64,000 nucleotides of DNA from Eukaryota sp. TZLM1-RC (lineage: Eukaryota > Protista > Metamonada: BaSk clade): assembly GCA_040285825.1 (NCBI GenBank), contig JAUPSS010000004.1, positions 6,601,784-6,665,783 of the forward strand, given 5' to 3'. Of the stretch, positions 12,304 through 23,294 are shown in pieces. How positions within the stretch are numbered: position 1 is the stretch's first letter; the number at the start of each line of letters is the position of its first letter. Made by a program: the position numbers and the translations under genes. The notes beneath the pieces were generated by a model, which saw only the letters and a list, made by a program, of their open reading frames with translations, ran no database searches and was not told the origin of the DNA.

Positions 12304-13129
12304 CAATGAGGTTGATGAGTACCAATAAGGTTTAAGAACCTACGAAGCAAGGTTTTTTCGTCAGAGAACATTCCTGCCTGAATATCCATAGCAATGTCTG
12401 GTAATCTGCTGACTTGAGGACTCATTCTCAACATAAGTGAATATTTACTCTCCAAAAAAAATTATGGCGATCAAATTTACCATTAACAATCGAAATTAAA
12501 TACACTTTTTGATCTAAAATCCACTGACCCATATGCTCATCAGTTTTCTTTTCAAAAGATTTGCACCCTCTTTTCTCTTTCTGTTGATAATCTCGTCAGG
12601 AGGGAGAAATTGGCCATCATGATTTTGGTAAAGATAACCATCCTGATAGGTTTCAAGATCAAAGCACATAACAGTGGAAAATTTTAATTTAAGTCATTGA
12701 TTTGAATTGAATCAATGGATCAGACTTGAAGCCACTAAAGTTCTGCTCAATTTTTCTGATCATACTTGGTTTCAATGCTTTTTTTGTCAAAATCTTCCTG
12801 TTCTCGCTATTCAACATGGTATTCTCAATACAAATTTTTGGGTTCAGTGCTTTTTTTTTCGCTTACGCGTTGATGTTTGTTGGTCAAAAATCGCATTTGT
12901 AATAATTTTTGATGTAGGAGTTGATTTCAAATTAGATCTTCTATTTCTGGAACCAGGATTTGGTTCAACATCTAACCCATTGTTAAATCAACCGTAAATG
13001 GGTTTGTTGATAGAAGATGTTGGCAGCTACTGGATTGAAAAGATAAATTATAAACACAATAATCAAACTCAACATTATCAAAATACCAATTTAAGACACA
13101 ACATCCCGTATCTAAAGTGCAAGAATCTT

Positions 13130-13335
13130 TTTTTTACCTTATTTATATCTATTCAACAACAAATATGAAATACACAATTAAAACTCCACATCCTCAAAAC
13201 CTGCCTCCCCTACATCAAAACAATTAATCGCTAAAGATTCAGAAAATTTCCCAAAAGAAGATAGTGAATCAGAAATTAGTGTTACCATTCCCTTAAAAAT
13301 AGAAAATACAATCCTGTTTTGCCAGTAAACACGAT
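13130..13335 (-). mobile_element. About 200-bp 3' end of CRE/RLE family 1 retrotransposon
   Basis: Near-identical to 1010-1200, poly-T on the plus strand, degenerate TSD ATCTAAAGT..(A/G)AGAATCT at about 13110-13128 and 13334-13354. Confidence 0.85.
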
Positions 13336-13353
13336 CTAAAGTAAGCGAGAATC

Positions 13354-13628
13354 TAAAACACAAAAATGAACAAACTCATAAACATTGAAACAACAATGTA
13401 AAACAAAAAATATACAAAAGAAACATCCTACATCTACAGTACAAGTACCTAAACCAAAAAAATCAACAAAATCAAAAACATCAAAGTAACAACAATGTAA
13501 AACAAAACACAAACAAGAACAACAGTCCATATCTACAATACAAATAGCTAAACCACAAAAAACAACAAACTCAATAACATCGAAATAACAATTCCAAACA
13601 AAACACAAAGAAGAACATCCCATATCTA
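13354..13628. repeat. About 3 degenerate tandem units of about 96-99 bp (A/C-rich)
   Basis: Units begin TAAA(A/C)CA at about 13354, 13450 and 13549 and share acaacaatgtaaaacaaaa / catcc..atatcta blocks. Confidence 0.7.
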
Positions 13629-14059
13629 AGGTTATTAGCACCTTGTCTCATTCAACAGCACCCATATCATGGCTCACATGATGACTGTAAAAAGTGCAAT
13701 ACTCTACCCCCACGGAAAAATCAGAACGACGATTCCGATAGGAAATCGAGGCACTGACCTTCCGTTTATTCCTGTGAAGCAGGATGACTGTTCTTGACTG
13801 AGGAGTTCGGGAGGAAGTACTCTGCTGTTCTGTAAAGAACAGGTTGAAGGAGGAGGTGGGAACCGGGTCGGTAACCTCGTTATCCTTTTTCTCGTTTCGC
13901 TGCATGATGTTAGAAGAATGGGGAGAGTCAAGATAATCTCGCTGTCTGACACTATGTCTGACATGCTGATTGCAATTTCTAATTGATTGCTAATTTCCAC
14001 AATTACAAATTGTGATTCCAATAATTGCAGTTCAAGTGCACCAGCATCAACTAAACCCT

Positions 14060-15037
14060 ATGGCTCGTCTTGCGTCTCTTCTACATTCTGCAGTAGATCA
14101 TCGACTCAGTGAACCTAATCCACAACTTCATGTGCAGATTTGTGACATTCTCAACCGATCTCCTTCCACTCACAATGAAATTTGTATATTTATCAGCAAG
14201 CATTTACTAAAAGATGACAAAGTAGCCTCACTAACACTTACTCTACTTGAGTCCACCCTTAAAAATGGATCATCAAGCTTCAACTCAACTGTAGCACTAT
14301 CAGATATCCCACTCGCATTAACACAATTAATACAGAAAACTAGATCACTCACAGTTAGACAGCAGATACTATCCATGTGTTGCTCTTTTCAGGCACTGGC
14401 TACTTGTTCCTATGAATTGGTTTCTCTAGGTCTTTTGAAGGAAAGTAGCATAAAGTTTCACCAAGCACCAGATCCTTCTCAATCAATCACGGAGTTAATC
14501 AATCAAATTAACATTCAGTCTTCTTTGGTCAATGATGTGATTAGCTTAATAAAGACCGGTGATGACTCATCAAAAGCAACCCTACCTATAGTACGGGAAA
14601 ACCTTGAACAATCCTATAATAAACTCTCAGAGGTTGTTTCCTCAAATGTTGATGGGATAAGTGAAGAAAAGCTAGCTCAAGCTTTTGAATCAATTGACAA
14701 CTCTTCAGGATTACTTACTCAGATTGAAACCTTGCTTACAGGAGGAAGCTTGGCTGAAGAGAAGAATGAACCTCCAGTCCAGATTGAATCAGTTTTGGTT
14801 GAGATTGACTCTCCTACGATTTCTGTGACGTCTACCGAGTCTGTTGCGGTCAAGGAGTCTTGCTTGGTCAATACTGATGATGAAAGTGATTTGTCGATTT
14901 CCCCACCCCCACTTTCCAGTAGTAGATCGAGAAGGAAACAGTTAATAACCACTTCTCCTGAATCAAGTTGTCAATCACGTGTTTCCCAGACACCAAGAGA
15001 CGAGTTACTGGATGTTATGGAAGATAATTGTGAATAG
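14060..15037 (+). CDS. VHS (and GAT-like) domain protein, TOM1/GGA-like
   Basis: AVD..L.EPN.....ICD.LN, LTLTLLE...KNG...F and VRQQIL; ATG at 14060. Confidence 0.75.
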   Translation: MARLASLLHSAVDHRLSEPNPQLHVQICDILNRSPSTHNEICIFISKHLLKDDKVASLTLTLLESTLKNGSSSFNSTVALSDIPLALTQLIQKTRSLTVRQQILSMCCSFQALATCSYELVSLGLLKESSIKFHQAPDPSQSITELINQINIQSSLVNDVISLIKTGDDSSKATLPIVRENLEQSYNKLSEVVSSNVDGISEEKLAQAFESIDNSSGLLTQIETLLTGGSLAEEKNEPPVQIESVLVEIDSPTISVTSTESVAVKESCLVNTDDESDLSISPPPLSSSRSRRKQLITTSPESSCQSRVSQTPRDELLDVMEDNCE

Positions 15038-15492
15038 TTTTTTTTTGGTTTTCCAATTTTGTAAATATCACCTTTGACTCTGATTATGATTTTGCAACCT
15101 TTAATGTTGAAATATTCAATAAATGAATGAAAACTCTGTTTATTCTGCTTTGAAAGGTGTTGTTGTTATTGGAATAGTGAACTTGATGCCCTTGTTTCAT
15201 TTTCTTATTTTGGTAATAATAGAGAAGAAATAGTCTAGATTATTTTGGTTACGATTTCACTACAATTAAACCAACCCGGCAGACCTTCACCGAAAGATTT
15301 CATTACCAAGGAAATAAATTTCATTGTTGATTTGAGTTTTCTATAATTTAAGCATAAAAGGTGATTATATGAACTTGCAGAAAAGATTCGTCAAAACAAG
15401 CAGTAAACAAGTGCTAAAAGAGACGCATTTATAAACCCCAACAACAACATTTGCGCTTACCTAATCAAATGTACAATATAAAACATCAGAGC

Positions 15493-15711
15493 CTAAGAGA
15501 ACAAGTGTTTAAAGGAAACAACGATACAAGCAATAGCTACCAACGGGCTCAAACGTTCACCTATCCGTGCAGCTTTGTAGAAAACACCAGAAAAACCTGA
15601 TGAACTGGCTTGTAGAAGCTTCAATCGCCTCTTTACCAAGGTAGATGTACAAATGACCAACAAAACAATTGATATAATCGAACCAAGATTTAGTATAGCT
15701 TTGAGAGGCAT
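15493..15711 (-). CDS. TMEM167: Protein Kish (TMEM167)
   Basis: 72 aa. LLVICTST and GF.GVFYKAARIGERLSP.VA.AC. Confidence 0.92.
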   Translation of the reverse strand: MPLKAILNLGSIISIVLLVICTSTLVKRRLKLLQASSSGFSGVFYKAARIGERLSPLVAIACIVVSFKHLFS

Positions 15712-15738
15712 CGGCTAATAGCAAAGTAATATTAAGTA

Positions 15739-16381
15739 CTGTGAGTGGAAATCCAAATGCATTTACCAAACCTACATTGGAAATCCATTCTTCATAACAA
15801 CTCCAGACTCTATTGAGCTGCCACTTCGTTTAAGATGGACTGTTATTTTCTTCTACAGAGATCTTCTTGACTACTCCCATTTTAGTTCCCCCCTGTCTTC
15901 TTTGACCACCTGATGAGGATGTGCTTGTTTCAGGAACTTGCGATGGACAGTTTGTTCTGTTCTGGCCTTCTCCGCGACATATACCACATCTCGGTTTTTT
16001 GTCCTTCTCAGCAGTCTTCTTTTTCTGATCTCTCTGTGAAGTAGATGATCCATTTTCGAAATCTTTTGTTTGAGTTTTTGGTCTCTCGAAAATGGATGGT
16101 CTACCTTCACCGTTGATTGCAGATGTGATAATGGAATATATATATTTATGGCAGAGTTGAAGTCTCTATTCCAATACGTGCTGCACGTCTGACACTTCAC
16201 TAAACCCCATGGTGTTGATTTTGCTTTTTCTTCTAGTGAATCCTTCTGCTCACCCCATTCTTGTTGAAAATCTCTATTTCTAGTAGGATTGTTTTGATTC
16301 AATAGTTCAATTTCTTGTTTCAACTTTTTTGCTTTTTTTAGTTGTCGTTTGCCCTTAGGACCTAACACTTTAATACTAGAA
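15739..16381 (-). mobile_element. Fanzor family C, 3' fragment with omegaRNA end
   Basis: PWGLVKCQTCSTYWNRDFNSAINI. Near-identical to 32865-33510, with the shared boundary at ...CACTCACAG. Confidence 0.88.
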
Positions 16382-16864
16382 AAAGACCCAAAAGTATAAA
16401 TAAATAAAAATTCATGATGCTCATTACTAATGAATGCTGTCTTAAAATTGAAGGACTCAAACTGTCGTGTTGTTGCCAAAGACATCCACAACTTGAAAAG
16501 TATTGTGACCATTACTGAAGATTACCTATTACTCATTGACCTATTGATTAACCTATTAGCTGAAGAATTTGATGAATCAATATTGCGCGAAAGTACCAGA
16601 TGTTGAAACGATGAAGATTCAACACAATAGATATTTTTGAATAGAACAATACATAAAAATATCAATAGTAGAAACAGAATGTTTTTATTGGGGATTCTAC
16701 ATAGTATAGCATCAAAAACAATGTGCAGTATATATAAAACTGCAACACTAAGAAAACAAAGAAACTGAAAAATAGTAAAGTTTGAAACCTCACACTTCGG
16801 ATAAATGCAGAAAATTGTACATCTTCGTAATGGATTTGGCAATAGAAAAAAATATCTAAAGTGT

Positions 16865-16954
16865 TACGCGTCGGAAATCGGCGCTCGCGTGATATCTGAG
16901 CTACGTGAGAGCCGATGCTTTACAGCTTTCCATTTGAATTAAGTGCACTGCGTA
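16865..16954 (+). ncRNA. Candidate structured RNA of unknown class
   Basis: GC-rich island. 14-bp stem 16877-16916 (ATCGGC/GCCGAT) enclosed by GGAA/TTCC and TACGCG/TGCGTA pairings. Confidence 0.3.
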
Positions 16955-17112
16955 GAGAAGGAAGATTGTGATGGGATAGAAGAAGAGCGTGGGTGTTGTG
17001 AATTTGAAATTAAGCACATAAAATTGAACCTGAGTTGCAAATCACTGTGAGCAACCAAATTGAACATGACAGCAGATTGTTTCTTAAATCTTTTCACATT
17101 CTTTAAACCCTT

Positions 17113-19821
17113 ATGTCACAAACGCCTTCTCTAGGCTATCATCCTTCACAAAAAGTAGACTTTGGACCTCCTCCACCTGGATATGTTGCTGGAGTTGGCC
17201 GTGGTGTTATAAACACCCATACCACTGGTGGTGCCTTAGATGGTGGTGGAAGATTCAAAGGTAAGCGTATCCCTGGTCAACCTGCTGAATCTGCCCAAGT
17301 TGATCCATTCTCTGTCAACCCTGCTGCTGAGCTTGAAGGTGAGAAAATGTGGAGCAACATTGACTCTATATTGGAATTACCAAAGAAAAGACGCAGTAAA
17401 TCACAAAACAGTCAATCAAAAGATCAGTCAACGTCTCTCTCAGTCAAGCCCATTTTGACCAAATTGAGAGCTGATGAATGGGGAATGATTCCTGACGCAG
17501 GTGATCCATTAGCCAGGGAACTCCGCAACGAAGGTTCTGAGTTGAAGGAGAAGTGGACTCCCGTTCCAGACACTTATTTGGCAACCTCTCATAATCAGTT
17601 GCAGTCAAATATCCTAGTTGCCAGGTTAGAATCGACATCCAGTTCACTCAAGCAGGACGACGTTGACGTTGCTGACTACCTTCGTCAGTTAAGAGAGCAG
17701 GAAACAGAGGAAGGAAAAGACCAAGGTGAGTTTGAGGATGTGGAGGGTATGACGAAGGTGTTGACCAAGTTGAGAAGACAAAACCCAAAATCACCAGCTG
17801 TATGGCTGTCCTCAATCAAAGCAGCTGAACAAAAAGGGGAGATCACCAAAGCAAGACAGTTTGCATTGGAAGGTTGTTCTCAGTGTCCTGCTAGCGAAGG
17901 TTTGTGGGTGGCGGCAGGACGATTGCTACCCCCTTTAGAAGCTAAAAAAGCCTTGATTAAGGGGACCAAGTCTTTACCCCAAAGTGAAGACATTTGGTTA
18001 TACTTGGTAGAGTTGACTTTGAGTGACAGGGAAAGAATTGATTTGTTGAGAGAGGCGGTGGAGTATTGTAGGTCGTCGGAAAAGCTTTGGAGGCTTTTGG
18101 TTGACCAATATTCGATTGACAACCCTGACAAGCGGAATATTTTGGTGAGCTCTATTGAAAGCTGTCCTGATTGCTTGGATTTTAAAGCAGAGTACCTAGA
18201 ATTTTGTATTAGTCATGATCTGTCGTCTCTAGTCAAGGAAACCAGTCAACAACTTTCTTTGATTGATTTGATTGACAAGGCTGGTAATTATCTCGACATT
18301 ATTTCATCTGTAAAAGCTGAAACCGAGGCTATATTAAACCAACAATTCATTATTAATTTAGGGGAAAAGTTTAATAATTTTATTGTTTCTTTCTCTACAC
18401 AATTGAAGGATAAGGGTTTTTATTTGTCTTGTTTCATTGTGTTACATCACGTGAGAAAGATCAAAAATCAGAATTTAGAAGACTTTAACCAGTTTTTGAT
18501 TGATAACAAGCTTCATGACTTTGTCTTAAGTACATTCATTTCTGAATTTGTGGTCAACAATAATGTTACTCTTTGGAAATCATTTATTAAGAACCAGATC
18601 AGGGATCTTGATAGTCTTAATTCGAATTGTTCATTTTCCAACAGTTTGAGTTTACTATTATTTTATCAATTTTCAAAGCTCAATTCCAGCACAATTCCTA
18701 GTGACTTTATCAGAGTTTCTGAAAATTCCAACAATTTATTATCATTATCTCTTAATCTTGCTTTAAATGCTCACCCCAAGTCACCAATGATTTACTCATC
18801 GTTTTCAAAAGCCTTGCTTTCAATTGGAATGGAAAATGTTTCTTTACCTTATATCAAGGAGTATTTAGTTACTATTGCAGATGTTGAACCTTCTGAATTG
18901 GATTCATTATCTCTTTTAGTCTTAGACTATTGCCGAATTATTTTTAATAATTCCGGTTTAATTGAACTGAAGCCTGTCACCGATTTAATTCAATCATTTT
19001 TTGAGAAATCTATCCATACACCACTTTTATTCAACATTATCGGTCAAATTTTGATTGATTGTGGCGAAAGGGATCAAGCTTTGGCTGTTATCAGCTCAGG
19101 TCTTGAAATTTTTGAAAATGATGAACATTTGTTGAATAGGAAGGTTCGATTATTATCCCAACTTGAAGCAAAAGAAACAATTTTGAATTTGATTAATAAT
19201 AGTATCATTATCCCCTCTTTACTCTCTTACTATGTTGAGTTGTCTGTTGAGAATTTGAGTAATCAGATAATTGGTCGTCTTCGAGCTCTTTTGGAACGTT
19301 GTTTGAAAATTTCAAACAGTGACAACTGTAAAGTTTCTCTTTGGCTTATTCTTGTTGATTTTGAGTTGAAAATTTCCCTAAACTCAGCCTTGTCTGCTAT
19401 AAGTAGAGCCCTCAAGTCACTCCCTGTTGACTGTAGGGGTCCGTTATACAGTAAATACCTTGAAATTTGCCCGCCACCATTACGGAAATCTATTACCCGA
19501 GAAGCGGTTCAGTTATTGCCTAATTGCCCTTATGTCCTTTCCTCTAGTGGTTTGGTATTGTACCAGCAAGGGGTATCGAACAAGGCAAAAAAGTTTATTG
19601 AAAGATCTTTGGTTGGGGGCAATGTCAATATTTGGTCTAAATATGTTAAATTTTTGATGACGTCATCACCACAGAATGACTTGTCCAGAGCCTTGACTAT
19701 CGTTGATCAATTCGACTCTCTCAGTGGGATTGGTTTGGACTGTGTTTTGTATCAGTCTGGTACCCTATTCTTTTATAATTCAAAAATTGTCAAGTTAATG
19801 GCTGAAACAATTAATATTTAA
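17113..19821 (+). CDS. PRPF6: Pre-mRNA splicing factor PRP6 (divergent)
   Basis: PPPGYVAGVGRG, EWGMIPDAGD, TPVPD, NPKSP..W and GCSQCP.SE.LW HAT repeats. Confidence 0.9.
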   Translation: MSQTPSLGYHPSQKVDFGPPPPGYVAGVGRGVINTHTTGGALDGGGRFKGKRIPGQPAESAQVDPFSVNPAAELEGEKMWSNIDSILELPKKRRSKSQNSQSKDQSTSLSVKPILTKLRADEWGMIPDAGDPLARELRNEGSELKEKWTPVPDTYLATSHNQLQSNILVARLESTSSSLKQDDVDVADYLRQLREQETEEGKDQGEFEDVEGMTKVLTKLRRQNPKSPAVWLSSIKAAEQKGEITKARQFALEGCSQCPASEGLWVAAGRLLPPLEAKKALIKGTKSLPQSEDIWLYLVELTLSDRERIDLLREAVEYCRSSEKLWRLLVDQYSIDNPDKRNILVSSIESCPDCLDFKAEYLEFCISHDLSSLVKETSQQLSLIDLIDKAGNYLDIISSVKAETEAILNQQFIINLGEKFNNFIVSFSTQLKDKGFYLSCFIVLHHVRKIKNQNLEDFNQFLIDNKLHDFVLSTFISEFVVNNNVTLWKSFIKNQIRDLDSLNSNCSFSNSLSLLLFYQFSKLNSSTIPSDFIRVSENSNNLLSLSLNLALNAHPKSPMIYSSFSKALLSIGMENVSLPYIKEYLVTIADVEPSELDSLSLLVLDYCRIIFNNSGLIELKPVTDLIQSFFEKSIHTPLLFNIIGQILIDCGERDQALAVISSGLEIFENDEHLLNRKVRLLSQLEAKETILNLINNSIIIPSLLSYYVELSVENLSNQIIGRLRALLERCLKISNSDNCKVSLWLILVDFELKISLNSALSAISRALKSLPVDCRGPLYSKYLEICPPPLRKSITREAVQLLPNCPYVLSSSGLVLYQQGVSNKAKKFIERSLVGGNVNIWSKYVKFLMTSSPQNDLSRALTIVDQFDSLSGIGLDCVLYQSGTLFFYNSKIVKLMAETINI

Positions 19822-19946
19822 ATTATTATTTTTTCTATTTCTTAAACTTCCAATTTTCTAGAAATTATTTCCCTCTGTCACTACTGGATTGAAAGAATCA
19901 AAAATGATTTACTTTGTGGGCTCTTTTATTCATCTTTCCTTTACAT

Positions 19947-20324
19947 CTAATGTAGTTGTTGCACTTCTTCTATACCAGAAGGTTCGCGATAACTACTCTC
20001 TTCAGTAGCTCCTCCTAGTAATTCCTGGGAATGTTTGTCAATCACTGCTCCATGAATCAAGCTACCACGTCTACCCCCTTTCACTGATTGTCCTGGATTG
20101 TAAGTTTTTGTGTTTGGATTCTTCAATTGAATCACCTGCCCTGTTGCTCTGTTGAATGCCGCACCATGTTTACCTGCTTTCTTTCGCACCATTACCGTTG
20201 AGCCTGGCAGGTATGACCCAGCAGCGTAAAAGATTAAGGGTTCTTTTCTTACTTGTTCTATATAGGAAGGGTCATGAGGAAGGCGCTCCCCTTTGCGTGT
20301 CTTTGATTGTTTACGGGGTGGCAT
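19947..20324 (-). CDS. Hypothetical basic protein (125 aa)
   Basis: ATG-initiated ORF with coding-like GC content between convergent genes; no recognised motif. Confidence 0.55.
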   Translation of the reverse strand: MPPRKQSKTRKGERLPHDPSYIEQVRKEPLIFYAAGSYLPGSTVMVRKKAGKHGAAFNRATGQVIQLKNPNTKTYNPGQSVKGGRRGSLIHGAVIDKHSQELLGGATEESSYREPSGIEEVQQLH

Positions 20325-20472
20325 TGGATCTTGATTTGTGAATTGGATAGTAGCATTTTCAGTTGTTGGTAGTTTGGGTATCTTTTAAACTGATATCTTT
20401 GTCTTTAATTTCAATATCAAAATCTTTATTTATCAAAAGTTTTGTTTTTATCCCTAATTAATAAATTTACCA

Positions 20473-23294
20473 TCACTGTCCATGTTGGTTCTTCCTCTTT
20501 TCTTCTGGTAAAAACTTATTGAGAATTAGTGCTAGTGTCTCTCTCGTCACAGGTTTGGTCACCCACCCATTCATTGCTGCCTTTAGGGATTCAAGTTTGC
20601 TTTCGACCGAGGCATCTGCCGTCAACATTATAATCGGCACTCTGGGAATCGTGTTTAAATCCTCAAATGACCTTATCTCTCTTGCAGCGTCTGTTCCTGG
20701 GAAATGCATTCCTTGAGTTATAATTACCAAATAAACATACTGTAATCCATTAAAATTAAATCAAATGCATAGGGGTCTTTGATATACTCTTCTATGGCTA
20801 CTGTTCCATCGTTAACAGCTTTATAACTACAATTCAATGAGTTTAAGAGCATGGAGATTACTTTCTGATTGATTGGATGATCGTCGGCTATTAAAATGTA
20901 CCATTGCTCCTTAGACTTTGCTTCACGGATACTTCCAACAGCAGCCAAATCATGAGGACCTGAGGCAGTAGTTAGAAGATGTTCACCAGATCTACCCTCA
21001 GGTTCAGAGAACAACGTAACCAAATCCTTAAAGGTAAAAGGTAAGAACAATGTTTTGGATCCTAATAGCGCAAGCTGATCTCTTGAAGCCAAATGCCACA
21101 CACTTACTGTTTTTTCATATTCTTCCAAGATTTGTGGATATTTTTGACATAAACTTTCTGAAATCAGAAGTGTTTGGAAGTGTTTGGTTGGTTCACTGAA
21201 TTTTGACAATAGTTTCAGGGCATTTTCTGCAAAATTACTAACAAGAGAATGTCGGTAGAGATCAATCACTTTAAGCTTTAGTGCCCTTAATTGACGCAGC
21301 ATCAATCTTTTGCTGAATCCATCCTCCATTGCAACAAAACATTCTGTCGTTTCAAAGCGAGTCGGGGTAGCTTTTGTTTCTCCTAAAGGTAGAGTCAAGT
21401 GCAACCAAAAACGAGAGCCTTTTTGATAAGTGCTCCTAAACTCAATTTTAGAATTCATCAGTCCAGCTAGAGCATCACTAATGGCAAGTCCCAATCCTGA
21501 CCCTTTCTGCTTTGCCAATAATGATGTACCCACTTGGGAGAAAGCCTTGAACAACAAATTTTGCTGTGGCTTTGGGATTCCTATTCCGGTATCCTCTACA
21601 CTGATTGTGAAGGACACATTGTGTGTGTTGCTAGATAGCAATGACACATGTATGAACACATGACCAACGTCTGTAAACTTAATAGCATTGGCAACCAGAT
21701 TAACAACAATTTGCTGAATTCGAAATCGATCACCAGCAACAATCACATCCAGTCGAGGATCGATGAAGGCACCAAAGTCAACATCACTTCTCATTAGAGA
21801 TTGATCTGAGAACATTAAAAGCACAGCATCAATAATATCAGGGATTCTCAATTCAGTAATGTCCAAATCAATTTTGCCTTGTTCAATCTTGGAAAAGTCT
21901 AATATGTTGGATACAAGAGAGAGTAAAGTATTACCTGATTGAGTTACGACGTTGACCACATGGGCTTGTATTGGAGTGAGCGAAGAGGATGACTGCAACA
22001 TGGACAACAGACCTAGGATTGAATTAAGCGGAGTTCTAAGTTCGTGGGACACAGTGGCTAGAAACATACTCTTGGCTTTATTTGCTGACTGTGCAGCCAT
22101 TCTTGCTTCTGAGAGCTCAGTAGTATCTTGTACAATTCCGGACAATTCCAATACATCCCCATGTTCATCAAACTTTGTACCACGGCCTCGTTTTGTCACA
22201 TAGATCAGCTTTGGAGGCTCGTGAAAGGTGTAACGATGTTCTTCAACGGTGAACGTTTCTGTACAGAGAGAGCGACATCTGCAATTGTGATCAAAGACTC
22301 TGTCCCATTCCAATAGATATTCTGCTGCCAGTCTTGATCGCATTACTGCATAATCAACTGGGCTGTTGTCATCACCACAGAGTCCATGTATCTCTCGTGC
22401 AATAGAATCAAACCAGAATTGTCTCGTTCTACAATCAAACTTAAAAAAGCCAAAGTTGGTGATTCGTTGAGTTTCTTTGAGATCTTTCAGTGCACTGTTT
22501 AGTTGGTTTTTGGTGTTCTCCAACTGTTTCATTGTGTTGGCTTGCTCCATTATTATCTCTTGATTCTTTTGAGTTGTCGTTACTTCCTCTGTGACGTCTC
22601 TTAAAGCTCCAAAGAGCTTCATAGTACCATCCTCTGCCACTAGTGTTTGACCTCTTGCTTTTGCCCAGTGAATTTCACCAGTTCTTTGGTTCTTCAAGGG
22701 ACCCAAGTTTTCATAAGTTCCTCCATGTGTAACAATGTCATCAAACTTTTCCTTGACGATTTCACGATAACCAGGTAAATACAAGTTGGCAATATCATCG
22801 GCGTCTATCGTATCAGTTGGAGAAGTACCGCACATATTGTGTATAAATTCAGAGAGGTAGAATGAGTTTGATTCAGTGTTCCACTCCCAAACCCCAGTAT
22901 TCACCAATTCCAAAGCCAAATTGTAGAGAGATGGATTGCTTTGAAGAGGGTATGTCTTCTCTATGGTATTGGTTAAAGTAGTGAAGGTGAATAACAGGTT
23001 ATGATGTGGATCCAGACTAGTAAGAACGGGAGTGCAAATCGTTTGACATTTAGTCCCATCAGAACGCTTCAAAATTACACAAGAAGAGGACTGAACCACA
23101 TCACTGCCAAGTTTAACTACACAAGAGATGTAATCCATGCCATAGTCAAGGATCTTGCTGATATGTTGGCCAATTAACTGAACTCGATTTTGGTAGAACA
23201 GGTGAGATACAAGATTTTCTGATATGTTCTCGACCAAAAAAGAAGTGCAGTTCAGCTCAAGCACCAATGAAGGGGACAGCTGTACGTTGAACAT
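20473..23294 (-). CDS. Hybrid sensor histidine kinase (PAS-PAS-HisKA-HATPase-REC) with one 29-nt intron (20712-20740)
   Basis: FLATVSHELRTPL H-box, NLVANAIKFT, DTGIGI, GSGLGL, ADDHPIN and ILMD..TKP. Intron GTATGT..TCAAG joins the two ORFs in frame. Confidence 0.93.

Larger units (their letters stand above)
8513..13000 (-). pseudogene. Exonuclease-Fanzor fusion gene (family A), about 1100 aa reconstructed, interrupted by an LTR element
   Basis: In order: VMCFDLETY (ExoI, 12646-12672), FSDEKTLLRRFL..P..HNLMQLD (ExoII, split by the LTR insertion), YGLYD (ExoIII, 10840-10854), IHTDG, IVVCDPGKRDL (RuvC-I, about 9427), FGNPKD.LILMND, FNRNKWA.LN and RPQYL. A few stops and homopolymer frameshifts. 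Confidence 0.85.

Noticed and set aside
10800-12680. Host DNA polymerase (delta/zeta) pseudogene
   Set aside because: No polymerase motifs (DFxSLYPS, YGDTDS) follow; ExoIII runs in frame directly into Fanzor sequence
13354-13628. CRISPR array, or evidence for a TAA=Gln code (TAA aligned with CAA in repeat units)
   Set aside because: Units are degenerate along their whole length with no repeat-spacer pattern, and host genes (AASS, NOB1, PRP6, Trk) terminate at TAA
13648-14021. Two overlapping minus-strand ORFs with raised GC
   Set aside because: No recognisable motif and the coding frame cannot be decided
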